Shown in pieces: positions 50,770 through 60,228 of a DNA stretch of 64,000 nt. Made by a program: the position numbers and the translations under genes. The notes below the pieces were generated by a model. That model had not been told where the DNA came from, did not search any database, and saw only the letters and a list, made by a program, of their open reading frames with translations. Numbering within the stretch: position 1 is the first letter of the stretch; every line of letters starts with the position of its first letter. This DNA comes from Candidatus Competibacter sp. (lineage in GTDB: Bacteria > Pseudomonadota > Gammaproteobacteria > Competibacterales > Competibacteraceae). Location of the stretch: NCBI GenBank assembly GCA_037045535.1, contig JBAOHI010000071.1, positions 212,214 through 276,213 of the forward strand. Direction: 5' to 3'.

Positions 50770-52911
50770 ATGCTGACCGACGCTGCACTACGCAATATCA
50801 AGCTTAAGTCAAAGATTTATAAGGCTTCTGACCGCGATGGCATGTACGTAACGGTATCGACCACCGGTACTGTCACCCTCCGCTACGACTACCGTCTCAA
50901 CGGCCGGCGCGAGACGCTGACCATTGGACGGTATGGGCCGTCCGGCATTTCGCTCGCGATGGCCCGCGAAAAGCTGCTGGATGCCAAGAAGGCCGTCGCC
51001 CAGGGCAAGTCCCCGGCGCATGAGAAGCAGCGCGAGAAGCGCCGTCTGACTGCCGCCAAGAACTTCGGCGACATGACCGCCCAGTGGCTGGCCAATGCAC
51101 GGTTGGCCGACAGCACCCGCGCCATGCGCAAGCACATCATCGACCGGGACATCTTGCCGGTCTTCCAGAACCGCCTGCTGACCGAAATCCAGGCCGAAGA
51201 CCTGCGAGCCTTGTGCAACAAGGTCAAGGAGCGTGGGGCGCCGGCTACGGCTGTCCAGATTCGGGACATCGTGAAGCAGGTTTACGTCTATGCCATCGCC
51301 CACGGCGAGAAGGTGAACAACCCAGCCGACAGCGTGGGCGCGGCCTCGATCGCTACCTTCGTGCCGAAGGACCGTGCTTTGTCGCCGTTGGAGATCCGGC
51401 TGTTCGTGCAACAGATGGAATCGGTGGCGACCTATCCGACCATCAAGCTCGCGCTGCGCTTGATCCTGCTGACGCTGGTACGCAAGAGCGGACTCATCCA
51501 GGCCACTTGGGATGAGGTCGATTTCGAGAGCAAGACCTGGACGATCCCGAAGCAGCGAATGAAGGGGCGCAACCCGCACGTGGTCTATCTGTCGCGCCAA
51601 GCGCTCGACATCTTCGTGACGCTGCACGCCTGCGCAGCAGGCTCAAGGTTCGTTTTTCCCTCTCGTTACGACGCCGAGCGGTTCATGTCCAATGCGACCT
51701 TGAATCGGGTCACGCAGCTCATCGCGGAGGCGGCAAAGACCAAGGGGCTGCCGCTGCAACCGTTCACCGTCCACGACCTGCGCCGTACCGGCTCGACGCT
51801 GTTAAACGAAATCGGCTTCAACCGCGACTGGATCGAGAAGTGCCTGGCACACGAGGATGGCCGTTCCTCGCGCTCGGTCTACAACAAGGCTGAGTACGCT
51901 GAGCAGCGGCGTCACATGCTGCAAGAGTATAGCAGAATCGAATAAAAGTGATCATATTTGATTGGAGCGAAAGAGTTCGTTGACGGAGCAAAGGGATTGC
52001 TTGCGGATGGCTTTGGCCTGCGCCCATTTATGCTCGATGGGATTGAGATCGGGGGAATAAGGCGGCAGGTATTCCAGGGTGTGGCCGGCTTGGCGAAGGG
52101 TGTTTTGAACGTCGGCGCGTTTGTGGAAAGCGGCGTTATCGAGGACGATCACGGCGGCGGGCGGCAGTTGAGGAAGGAGCACGCGGTGGGTCCAAGCGAG
52201 GAAGACCTCGGCGTTGACGCTGGATTCAAAAAGGCCGACGGCGATGAGCTGGGAACCCCAAAGGGCACCGATCACCTTAGTGCGCCCCTTGGCGTGCCAG
52301 TCCCAGCGTCCGTGGCAGCGCTGCCCGACGGGGGCATAGCCGTACCGGCGCGGCATGTCCTGGGCAAACCCGCTCTCGTCGATCCACACCAGTGTTCGTC
52401 CGGCCGCCTCATACGCCGCCCGACGGGCTTGAAAGGCACACCGCGCGGTGGCGTCCGCGCGCGGATGCGCCAGCGTTTTTTTTATAGGAAACCCGTAGCT
52501 TGTTCTTCAGCGCGTAACAAATCGCATTTTGCGTGACCCCCAACCGCGCCGCCCGTTCGTATTGGTAGGCATCCGGATAGTCCCGCAGGTCCGCCGCCAA
52601 TGCCTCCACGTCCAGCTTGCGCCGCCGAAACCCCGACGGCTTGCGCTCGATCCGCTTCAGCCAGCGCATCACGCTCGCTTTCCCTACCGCAAAACGTTCC
52701 GCCACCTGGGCAATCGATAACCGGTCCCGGTCCCGAACCTCTAGCACTTTACGACGAAAATCCAGTGAATAGGTCATCCGTTTATAATAATCAAATCTAT
52801 TTTGTTATGCTATAGGCCAACCTGGTTGATGCCTGGGGTGGCGGGCAGACCTACGTGCCAACGCTGTTGCCGAAGAACGTAGTCGTGCCGGCATTGAGCG
52901 CGGTGGCCTGA
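50770..52911 (+). pseudogene. int: Tyrosine integrase of island 2, interrupted near its 3' end by IS630
   Basis: Paralogue of the 35304 integrase (VRKS, HDLRR, LAH, VYN); ORF ends at 51945 inside the IS; tail ANLVDAW...AVA* resumes at 52816-52911. Confidence 0.88.
51930..52812 (-). mobile_element. IS630-family insertion sequence
   Basis: TA duplication (51928-9, 52813-4); imperfect TIRs TAGCAgAAtcgAATA and TAGCAtAAcaAAATA; orfA 52777-52409 and orfB (WIDESG, LDNAAFH, LPPYSPDLNPIE) joined by an A8 slippery run at 52476-52483. Confidence 0.92.
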
Positions 52912-52917
52912 AATGGG

Positions 52918-52960
52918 GCCAAGGTTGTCACTTGACAACCTTGGCGATCATTCCCATACT
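52918..52960 (+). promoter_or_regulatory. Sigma70 promoter TTGACA-N17-CATACT overlapped by a perfect 13-bp palindrome
   Basis: GCCAAGGTTGTCA-CT-TGACAACCTTGGC at 52918-52945; -35 at 52932-52937, -10 at 52955-52960. Confidence 0.8.
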
Positions 52961-52971
52961 GGAGACTGTTG

Positions 52972-53247
52972 ATGGCCCGGACCTCTCATCCAAAGAAAGA
53001 AGTCGAGGAAGCACTCAGGCACGCCGAAGGGCAGGGCTGGCGCGTGGAAGTTGGCGGCAGCCACGCCTGGGGGCGGATTTATTGTCCGTACAACGATGCG
53101 GAGTGTCGCTGCGGCGAGTTCTGTATCACCAGCGTGTGGAGTACGCCGAAAAACCCTGGCAACCATGCGCGCGCCTTGCGGCGTGTCGTGGACAACTGCA
53201 CGACGCACCGCAAGCAGCAGGAGGCAGCCGACGATGCCGAGGAGTAG
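52972..53247 (+). CDS. HicA-like small protein (putative toxin)
   Basis: KKEVEEALRHAEGQGWRVEVGGSHAWG resembles the HicA helix-GW-GSH pattern; Cys-rich insert CPY..ECRC.EFC. Confidence 0.65.
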   Translation: MARTSHPKKEVEEALRHAEGQGWRVEVGGSHAWGRIYCPYNDAECRCGEFCITSVWSTPKNPGNHARALRRVVDNCTTHRKQQEAADDAEE

Positions 53248-53251
53248 CACG

Positions 53252-53776
53252 ATGGAATACACCTTCACCCTGAAATACCAGCTCGCCGACGATGACCGTG
53301 ACCCGGATGCGCTGGTTGAGCGCCTGGGCGAGGCCGGCTGTGACGATGCCTTGGTTGGCATCGGGCAGCCGGGGCGGCTCGCGCTGGAGTTCACCCGCGA
53401 AGCGGACAGTGCGGACGCGGCTGTACGCAGCGCGTTGGCAGACGTGCGGAGCGCCGTGCCGTCGGCACGGCTGATCGAAGTCGCACCGGATCTGGTCGGG
53501 TTGACCGATGTGGCCGACATCGTGGGCGTGTCGCGGCAGAACATGCGCAAGCTGATGCTGGCCCATCCGGGCAGCTTCCCGGCGCCGGTGCATGAAGGCA
53601 GCGCGTCGATCTGGCACTTGGCGGATGTGCTGGCCTGGCTGCAGGCCAAGGGTAGCTACTCGCTGGCCGTGGACGTTCTGGAGGTGGCGTGCGTTGCCTT
53701 GCAGGTCAACGTGGCCAAGGAGGGGCGGCGGTTATCGCGTTCGGCTTCCGAGGAGCTGGAAGCTCTCGTCGGATGA
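53252..53776 (+). CDS. HicB-like/HTH DNA-binding protein (putative antitoxin)
   Basis: RBS GAGGAG; N-terminal alpha/beta region LEFTREA.SA..AV.SALADV; HTH LVGLTDVADIVGVSRQNMRKL followed by FPAP. Confidence 0.75.
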   Translation: MEYTFTLKYQLADDDRDPDALVERLGEAGCDDALVGIGQPGRLALEFTREADSADAAVRSALADVRSAVPSARLIEVAPDLVGLTDVADIVGVSRQNMRKLMLAHPGSFPAPVHEGSASIWHLADVLAWLQAKGSYSLAVDVLEVACVALQVNVAKEGRRLSRSASEELEALVG

Positions 53777-53837
53777 AGGCGGTGAATTGATCCGCACCTG
53801 CTCGTCGAATAGGTACGATGATGCCGATAGTTTCTAG

Positions 53838-54680
53838 GCACTGTAGTCACGAGATTAAAGATATGAGAGAATCATGGAGTCAAAGAATGGGAGGCTCCAT
53901 GAAAGAGACGGTTCCTGCATACCGTCGCCACGACATTTCAGATGAAACCTGGGCCTTGCTGGAGCCGCATCTGCCGGGGCGTGAGGGTGTTTGGGGCGGC
54001 ATCGCTAAAGACAATCGATTGTTTATCAATGCGGTGTTCTGGATATTGCGAACGGGTGCGCCGTGGCGAGATTTGCCGCCAGGCTATGGTGGTTGGAGCA
54101 ACACGCACCGCCGCTTCATCCGCTGGCGGGACAAGGGGGTTTGGGAGAAGCTGCTGGAAATGCTGATCGATGAGCCGGACTACGAATGGCTGATGATCGA
54201 CGCCAGCCATTGCAAGGTCCATCCCCATGCCGCCGGAGCCAAAGGCGGAAACCAGGCCATGGGCCGCACCAAAGGGGGCTCAATACCCAGATACATCTGG
54301 CCGTGGATGCGCATGGCATGCCGGTCAGAATCGTTATTACAGAAGGTTCCCGGGCGGATTGCACGCAGGCAGGCCGCCTGATTGAAGGGATCAACGCCGA
54401 TCATCTGATCGCGGACAAAGGGTACGATACCGACGCCATTCTTGAGCAGGCCACAGCGCAAGGGATGAATGCCGTGATCCCGCCGAAGAAAAACCGCGTC
54501 ACCCCAAGGTCGTACGACGAAGATCTGTATAAACTCCGCCACCTCGTCGAAAACGCGTTCCTGTCCCTCAAAAGATGGCGCGGCATCGCCACAAGATACG
54601 CCAAAAACAGCAAATCTTTCCTCATCGCCGTCCAAATCAGATGCCTCGCCCTCTGGCTCAACACCTCGTGACTACAGTAT
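53838..54680 (+). mobile_element. IS5-family (IS427-group-like) insertion sequence
   Basis: TIR ACTGTAGTCACGAG / CTCGTGACTACAGT flanked by CTAG on both sides; orfA (WILRTGAPWRDLP, IDAS) and orfB (ADKGYD, RH.VEN.F..LK.WR.IATRY) joined by -1 slippery AAAGGGGG at 54271. Confidence 0.92.
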
Positions 54681-54695
54681 CTAGAGAGGCGATGA

Positions 54696-57600
54696 ATGAC
54701 TGAGGGAGAGCAAGAAAAGAAGGTATCGCCATCGGAGTTCATGCGCCAACTGCGTTCTGAACTCTACTCAGATACGAGCGACCGCACGACCTACCTGCTT
54801 GACGCAACGACGCTTGAGTACAGCCTCGACACCATTACCGCACGCAACCAGACTCACGACTTTGAGCTCTTTTGCCGCAAGCTGTGTGAGCGCACGATTT
54901 GCCCAAACCTGAAACCTGCCACCGGACCCGAAGGGGGTGGGGACAGCAAGGCTGATGCCGAAACCATTCCGATTGCTGACGAGATCGCAACTCTTACCTA
55001 TGTGGGCGAACCGAATTCCGGTAAGGAGCGTTGGGCGTTCGCCTTCAGCGCTAAGAAGACGTGGGCAGAGAAAGCTCGCAACGACGTGGCAGGCATTGCG
55101 GAGACGCAGCGTGGCTATCAGAAGGTCTATTGCGTTACCGCACAGTTCGCCCGTGCGAAGGACCGCGCTCGGGTCGAGGACGAACTCACCAAGAAATATG
55201 GCCTGACCGTCACCATTCTTGATCGGAGCTGGGTCGTTGAGCAGGTCGTTGGTGGTGATCGCAGGGACCTCGCTTTTAACTACCTCGGCGTTGGACAGGA
55301 GATTACCGACGCACGCCGACTGGGTCCGACGGACTATTCTCGCTCCCGGCAGCTCGAAGATATAGAGAAGTTGATCGGTAACCCGGATGCATTTTTCGGG
55401 ATGGAAATGCAGCGCGTGACAGAGGCTCTGGTTGCGGCCAAACTTTCGCGCAATTTGGAGCGTCCGAGAACAGAAACGGATGGGCGGTTTGCACGCGCAG
55501 TTCGATTGGCCGAACGAGATGGCACTTCACGTCAGACGCTCAAAGCACACTACGAATGGATCTGGACCGCCTTCTGGTGGTTTGACGATGTCGCGCACTT
55601 GAACGCCAGCTACGATGCCTTCGAGAAGCTCGTGATCGACACGAATCACGCCAAGAACCTTGAGCTTCTGTGCAACTTGGCTCAACTGCTATTCAACTCG
55701 GTCATTCATCAACATTTGACTGCCGATGAGGCCAGGCTGGAGGAGCGCATCGCTCGACTGAGCGACAGATTGAAGTCGATGGTGGCGGAACATGAGCGAC
55801 CAAACAATGCTTTGGAGGCTCGGACCTCACTGCTCGTCATCGAAGTCAATCAGGCGGCGCTCAAGAAAGATTCTCAACGGCTCAGCTCACTTTGGCCGCA
55901 GTTTTCTGAGGTGATCAAGCAAGCAAATGGTCTTGGCGAATTTGCTGCCGAGCGCTTGACCAAAATGATTGAGGTGTTTGGCAACGTCGCGGGAAAGGAT
56001 CAGGGCTATACTCGCCTTGTCGACGACGTTGCGGCGTTCGTGTCGGAGCGCACTGGCGAAGCTCAGGGAGCACTCGTACTCCTCAGGCGCGCTCAGCAGC
56101 TCGATTTCGAAGACAACTTCGAAATGATCAGGTTGCTGGGCAAGGCCGCGCGACAGCTCACCAAGAAAGAGTATGCCGATGCACTGATCGAGGCGCTGCA
56201 ACTACTCACGCTTGCCTATCGTAGTGCCGGTCTGCTATGGGCCGCACGCGCAAGCTGCATTTTTGCAATGGCTTCGATATTCATCGAGGCTGAAGAGGAT
56301 AGTGATCTTCCGGCCTCAATCGTGCCTACAGTCATGATGCTTGCTTGGATCGCTGTCGAGCTGCGACATTTGCCGGATTCCCTCGAAGCCGTTCGATTGG
56401 TTCGAGGTTGTGCGGCAGGGCTTCCGCTCGACGACGCCTCCAATGAGCGTGTCGCGAAGCGCCTTATGGAGTTCGATCTCATTCTTGGAAGCCAAGTGCT
56501 GAATTTCACGTCAGCAGAGCTTGAGCAAGTTATTCAACTACCCGACGTTCTTGATCGGCTTGGCTTGCATCAGAGTCGAAATTCGCTGCTCTACGCGCTC
56601 GGCTATGAGGCAGTGCTCCGCGAGGAGGGTTCCATACCGAAGGAGGAAACACCAGAGAGTATTGCAGAGTTCTTCACATTGCTCGCCAGTCAACCAGTAT
56701 CCGACAACTTGCATGGGCCAGTCGTCTTCAACGAGTCAGATTCGCACTCTTATGTGTCGAGAGTGCAGGGCATGCGGATCGTGGTTCACTACCAGATGTC
56801 GGAGACCTCGATTCTTGTGGCCGAGTCGGTTGTTGGGGTCATCGAGGCGCTTTTTGCGACGGCTCCTGGGATTGGCGCTGCAGCGCACACTGAAAACTTC
56901 CGTATCTGGATTCAAGAGGGTGCTGACGTGCTTGCACCTGACTTCACGGTTGACGAGGAAGGGATGACGGCGACTGTTAACTGGCCTGCAGGCTTGGCGC
57001 CGGCTACATACGGACGACAAGATGAGGTTCAGCGGACATTGATTGGTTTGGCTGCGACGATCTTCGCTGCCACCTGCTTTGTGAAGGATTTGCAGCAAGC
57101 AGTCGAACGCTTCTTTACGAACGAAGCTGTACTCGATCGGGTGTCGATGATTGTTGTAGCCGGGAACAGCCGCCAGCGCATCTTTAAGAAGGCTGTATCA
57201 AAGCTCGGTGATTGGGCACAGTTGGCGACGACGTCATTCCCGTTGGTGCCATCGCGCCCGTGTATCCGTCGCCGCGCGCTGGGTGCTGCTGTAGAGAATG
57301 ACGATGCTGCGGCAATCGATACGCGCAGCCCCTCTTGGCCGAAAAATCACCGCGACCTTGGTGTCCGATCAGTCATCGATTTGCATCTTTGGAATCGCGC
57401 TGGGTGGACTGGAGCGGCATTTGCCGACTGGGGGCCGGCTTATCCGCCCGCGATCGCCCTGATGTTTACGGATGGGGATGCTGCAAGGAAGATCTTTCAG
57501 CGCTGGCATGAACGTTTTGGAGCGATCGACAAGGACGGCGATATCTACATTGCGATCGTGCGTGGCATTTCTGCTGAGAATCCCGCTCACTATCGCGTAC

Positions 57601-57908
57601 TCATCACCTCGCGGCTACCCTCCGAAGATGACCGTTCTGGTAATCGGTCATTGATGGTGGCGTCACGAATTCAAACAATGCACGCGGAATCCGATGCCAA
57701 CCTCATGCGCTTTCTAGATGCGTATGGGCGGTCGCAGGCTTATTTGCTTGTACCTGCGATACTGCAGGGAGGGGGCGCACCGCAATTCCTGTTGGAACTT
57801 GCTATCCTGAAGAGGAAGCTGAGCGTAAAGAAAGCTTCCGAGGTGGGGGAGCATGAGATAGAAATGATGGCGCTTGGACCCGAGAAGTATCGAGATCGGA
57901 TTCAGTGA
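54696..57908 (+). CDS. 1070-aa protein: N-terminal PD-(D/E)xK/Mrr-like nuclease domain plus helical (TPR-like) region; putative defence effector
   Basis: Long intact ORF with RBS; HDFELFCRKL...GGGDSKAD...WAFAFSAKK pattern; amphipathic Ala/Leu helical repeats; the function call is inference. Confidence 0.7.
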   Translation: MTEGEQEKKVSPSEFMRQLRSELYSDTSDRTTYLLDATTLEYSLDTITARNQTHDFELFCRKLCERTICPNLKPATGPEGGGDSKADAETIPIADEIATLTYVGEPNSGKERWAFAFSAKKTWAEKARNDVAGIAETQRGYQKVYCVTAQFARAKDRARVEDELTKKYGLTVTILDRSWVVEQVVGGDRRDLAFNYLGVGQEITDARRLGPTDYSRSRQLEDIEKLIGNPDAFFGMEMQRVTEALVAAKLSRNLERPRTETDGRFARAVRLAERDGTSRQTLKAHYEWIWTAFWWFDDVAHLNASYDAFEKLVIDTNHAKNLELLCNLAQLLFNSVIHQHLTADEARLEERIARLSDRLKSMVAEHERPNNALEARTSLLVIEVNQAALKKDSQRLSSLWPQFSEVIKQANGLGEFAAERLTKMIEVFGNVAGKDQGYTRLVDDVAAFVSERTGEAQGALVLLRRAQQLDFEDNFEMIRLLGKAARQLTKKEYADALIEALQLLTLAYRSAGLLWAARASCIFAMASIFIEAEEDSDLPASIVPTVMMLAWIAVELRHLPDSLEAVRLVRGCAAGLPLDDASNERVAKRLMEFDLILGSQVLNFTSAELEQVIQLPDVLDRLGLHQSRNSLLYALGYEAVLREEGSIPKEETPESIAEFFTLLASQPVSDNLHGPVVFNESDSHSYVSRVQGMRIVVHYQMSETSILVAESVVGVIEALFATAPGIGAAAHTENFRIWIQEGADVLAPDFTVDEEGMTATVNWPAGLAPATYGRQDEVQRTLIGLAATIFAATCFVKDLQQAVERFFTNEAVLDRVSMIVVAGNSRQRIFKKAVSKLGDWAQLATTSFPLVPSRPCIRRRALGAAVENDDAAAIDTRSPSWPKNHRDLGVRSVIDLHLWNRAGWTGAAFADWGPAYPPAIALMFTDGDAARKIFQRWHERFGAIDKDGDIYIAIVRGISAENPAHYRVLITSRLPSEDDRSGNRSLMVASRIQTMHAESDANLMRFLDAYGRSQAYLLVPAILQGGGAPQFLLELAILKRKLSVKKASEVGEHEIEMMALGPEKYRDRIQ

Positions 57909-57934
57909 TTTGAACGGCAGCACCAGCTACAGGA

Positions 57935-58087
57935 TTAGATGGGGGCATCTGGCTCAGTTGTGAGTCTGTGAATGGGGCGTGTTTTACGCTGTCTGACATT
58001 TGGCCCCGTTGTGACGTTTGTGGAACAGGTGCGCGAAGCTAGTTTGCGCGCCTCGATCCAGGCATCTACTTCGGCCAGGTCCCATAC
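57935..58087 (-). pseudogene. 3' half of an AlpA-family (excisionase-like) gene
   Basis: Minus strand reads VWDLAEVDAWIEARKLAS...PNVRQRKTRP...*, compare AWDLSEVEEWIEARK in the island-1 AlpA; cut exactly at the ISAs1 end. Confidence 0.8.
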
Positions 58088-58631
58088 CAGGGCGATTGCA
58101 TCATCCCATACTCGACTTCTGTGCTACCGCTCCAGCGTCACCCCACGCTGCACGTGCCACGCCGACACCACATGCGTCATGTCCGCCCCCGCCCCGTGCG
58201 AGCCCCTCAGACTCTTGCCGTCGATCGCGATGCTCTGCCCCTGCAGCCCCGGCACCAGCCTGTGTATCCACCTCACAAAGCACGCCTCGAACTGTTCCGG
58301 ATCCAGCAGCCCGAACAGCCGGCTGAACGCGTCGTGCGACGCCACCCCCTGCTCGAACGGCAGCCACTTCCTCAACCACTCCAGCTTGTGGCGCCCCCAC
58401 TCGGCCACGTGCATCCAGTCGTCGGCGTCGTTGCACACCGCGCACAGTGCCACCAGCAGCATCTCCCGCAACGGGTACAGGCACCGATCCGACTGGCGCG
58501 GGTCGTCCAACTCCTCGAACCCTTGCAGTATGCGGATCTGCCTGATCGCTTCGCTCATGGGTTCAGTGATGATGGTTCCGAGGTTGTCCATCTATCACGT
58601 CTTGGCGTCATGAGGTCATGCAATCGCCCTG
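58088..58631 (-). mobile_element. Internally deleted ISAs1-family element (544 bp)
   Basis: Perfect 14-bp TIRs CAGGGCGATTGCAT (58088-58101, 58618-58631); 5' transposase fragment DPRQ...Y.L.E, SHDAFSRLF, IAIDGKSLRGS at 58591-58124; no target duplication. Confidence 0.88.
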
Positions 58632-58858
58632 ATCCAGCTACGACCCAACGAGGTATCTCAAACACGACTGATGGTCGGCAGCAGGGCAGGGTGGAGGCTG
58701 CGTGGGAAGGGCGTGATTTGCTGAACAGCAAAAATGGCGATTTGGCCGAATATTCTGTACGGTTGCTGCAGCGCCGTGGTGTTCGATTCCTACGGACTGA
58801 GCCAGTCTGACCACCTCAAGCCAAAGCCAGTTCGACCCGACAAGAAACGCGAAACCCC

Positions 58859-59983
58859 GTGACCTCCGCCAAAATTGCCGACCGATTCGCGTTGCATCGC
58901 GCCACGCCTCAGATCACAGTCGACGAGCACGCGCGATGCCGAGTCATCGAACTCGGCGAATGGGTGATGGCACGAGATCGCATCTACCTCGACAAGTGCT
59001 TCTGGATTTACCTGCGGGGCGCGCGTATGCAGGCGCCGAGCCCACCAGGCGCGTCGGATCTTCTGGACACCCTCGTTGCAGGTGTCGCTGCAGGGCGGCT
59101 GGTTTGTCCCATCAGCGATGCACTGTTTCTTGAGCTAATGAAGCAGTCGGACCCAGTAACCCGGGGTGCAACGGCCGAACTGATTGACGAGCTGAGCTGC
59201 GGCATCACGCTTAGCCCTGAACCGACGCGCGTGGCGACGGAGGTGGCGCATTTCCTCCACGCTAATGTTGGGCACAGCGTTCATCCATTGGAACACTTGG
59301 TCTGGACCAAGGTCCCGTACATCCTGGGTGTCCAGCATCCGGTGGCCACAGCCTTCCCAGAGGATGAGCGACTCGTCATTCAGAAGGCGTTCTTCGACCA
59401 CCTCTGGGAGGTTTCTTTATCGACGATGGTTGGGACCATCGGAGACGCTCGGCCGCCCGCCTCGCCATTCGTCGACATTGCCGATCGGCTGAATCGTGAC
59501 AACACGGCGCATGCTCCGTCGATGAAGAGCTTCGTACAGGTCTACCGCGACGAGATCAATGGCGTGCTGGAACTCGCAGCCCCGATCGCCGCCGAGGTGC
59601 TGCACGACATGGCCGTGAAGTCGCTCGGCCCTGGCATCCAACCTTCAGCAGATGAGCGGGAAGGAATCACGAGGCAGTGTCTCGGCTTGCTACGGGCAGC
59701 AGTCCGGAAGCCAGTCGGTCGGCGGGCTCTGCGCACGCTGCAAGTTGGTGCTCTGTTGCATGCGGCGCTACGCTGGAACCGCACGCAGAAACTGAATGCC
59801 AACGACATATTCGACTTTCATCATGCCGGCGCCGCGTTAGGCTACTGCGATGTCCTTTTGACGGACGGGCCTATGCACACGCTTCTGATGCAGCGGCACT
59901 TGGGCATCGAGCGCGATTTCCCGTGCCGAGTCATGTCCTCCGTTGAGGAGGCTGCCGACTGGGTTCGGAACCGTATCGCGTGA
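58859..59983 (+). CDS. PIN-like domain protein (putative RNase)
   Basis: IYLDKCFWI (first Asp), SDALFLELMK (Glu), NDIFDFHHAGAALGYCDVLLTD (C-terminal acidic motif), with a large helical insertion. Confidence 0.7.
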   Translation: MTSAKIADRFALHRATPQITVDEHARCRVIELGEWVMARDRIYLDKCFWIYLRGARMQAPSPPGASDLLDTLVAGVAAGRLVCPISDALFLELMKQSDPVTRGATAELIDELSCGITLSPEPTRVATEVAHFLHANVGHSVHPLEHLVWTKVPYILGVQHPVATAFPEDERLVIQKAFFDHLWEVSLSTMVGTIGDARPPASPFVDIADRLNRDNTAHAPSMKSFVQVYRDEINGVLELAAPIAAEVLHDMAVKSLGPGIQPSADEREGITRQCLGLLRAAVRKPVGRRALRTLQVGALLHAALRWNRTQKLNANDIFDFHHAGAALGYCDVLLTDGPMHTLLMQRHLGIERDFPCRVMSSVEEAADWVRNRIA

Positions 59984-60228
59984 TGCCCGATGACGGCCGT
60001 TCTCGCCAGCGGATTGCGCCGCGACGCGAGGGCTGAAGTTTTCGCCCTTGTCCGGTATCATGTATGCCGATTGACTCTGGTGTTGCCAGAGTCGTCGCCC
60101 CGCAAATCGCTCCATCTCCCGCGCCAGCAAAAGATGCGCGCTTCTTACGGTAAAAGTGACGGTAATGCCCTATGTTGATCACAGCCAATCCCTTTAACCA
60201 CGCGGGTTTAGGCGACCTGTTGATGATC

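Noticed and set aside
54696..57908. Avs/STAND or restriction-modification assignment
   Set aside because: No Walker A/B motif and no methyltransferase or specificity gene seen
54696..59983. 1070-aa gene and PIN gene as one two-gene system
   Set aside because: An oppositely oriented alpA remnant and an ISAs1 deletion junction lie between them, so adjacency is probably secondary; a functional link is not excluded
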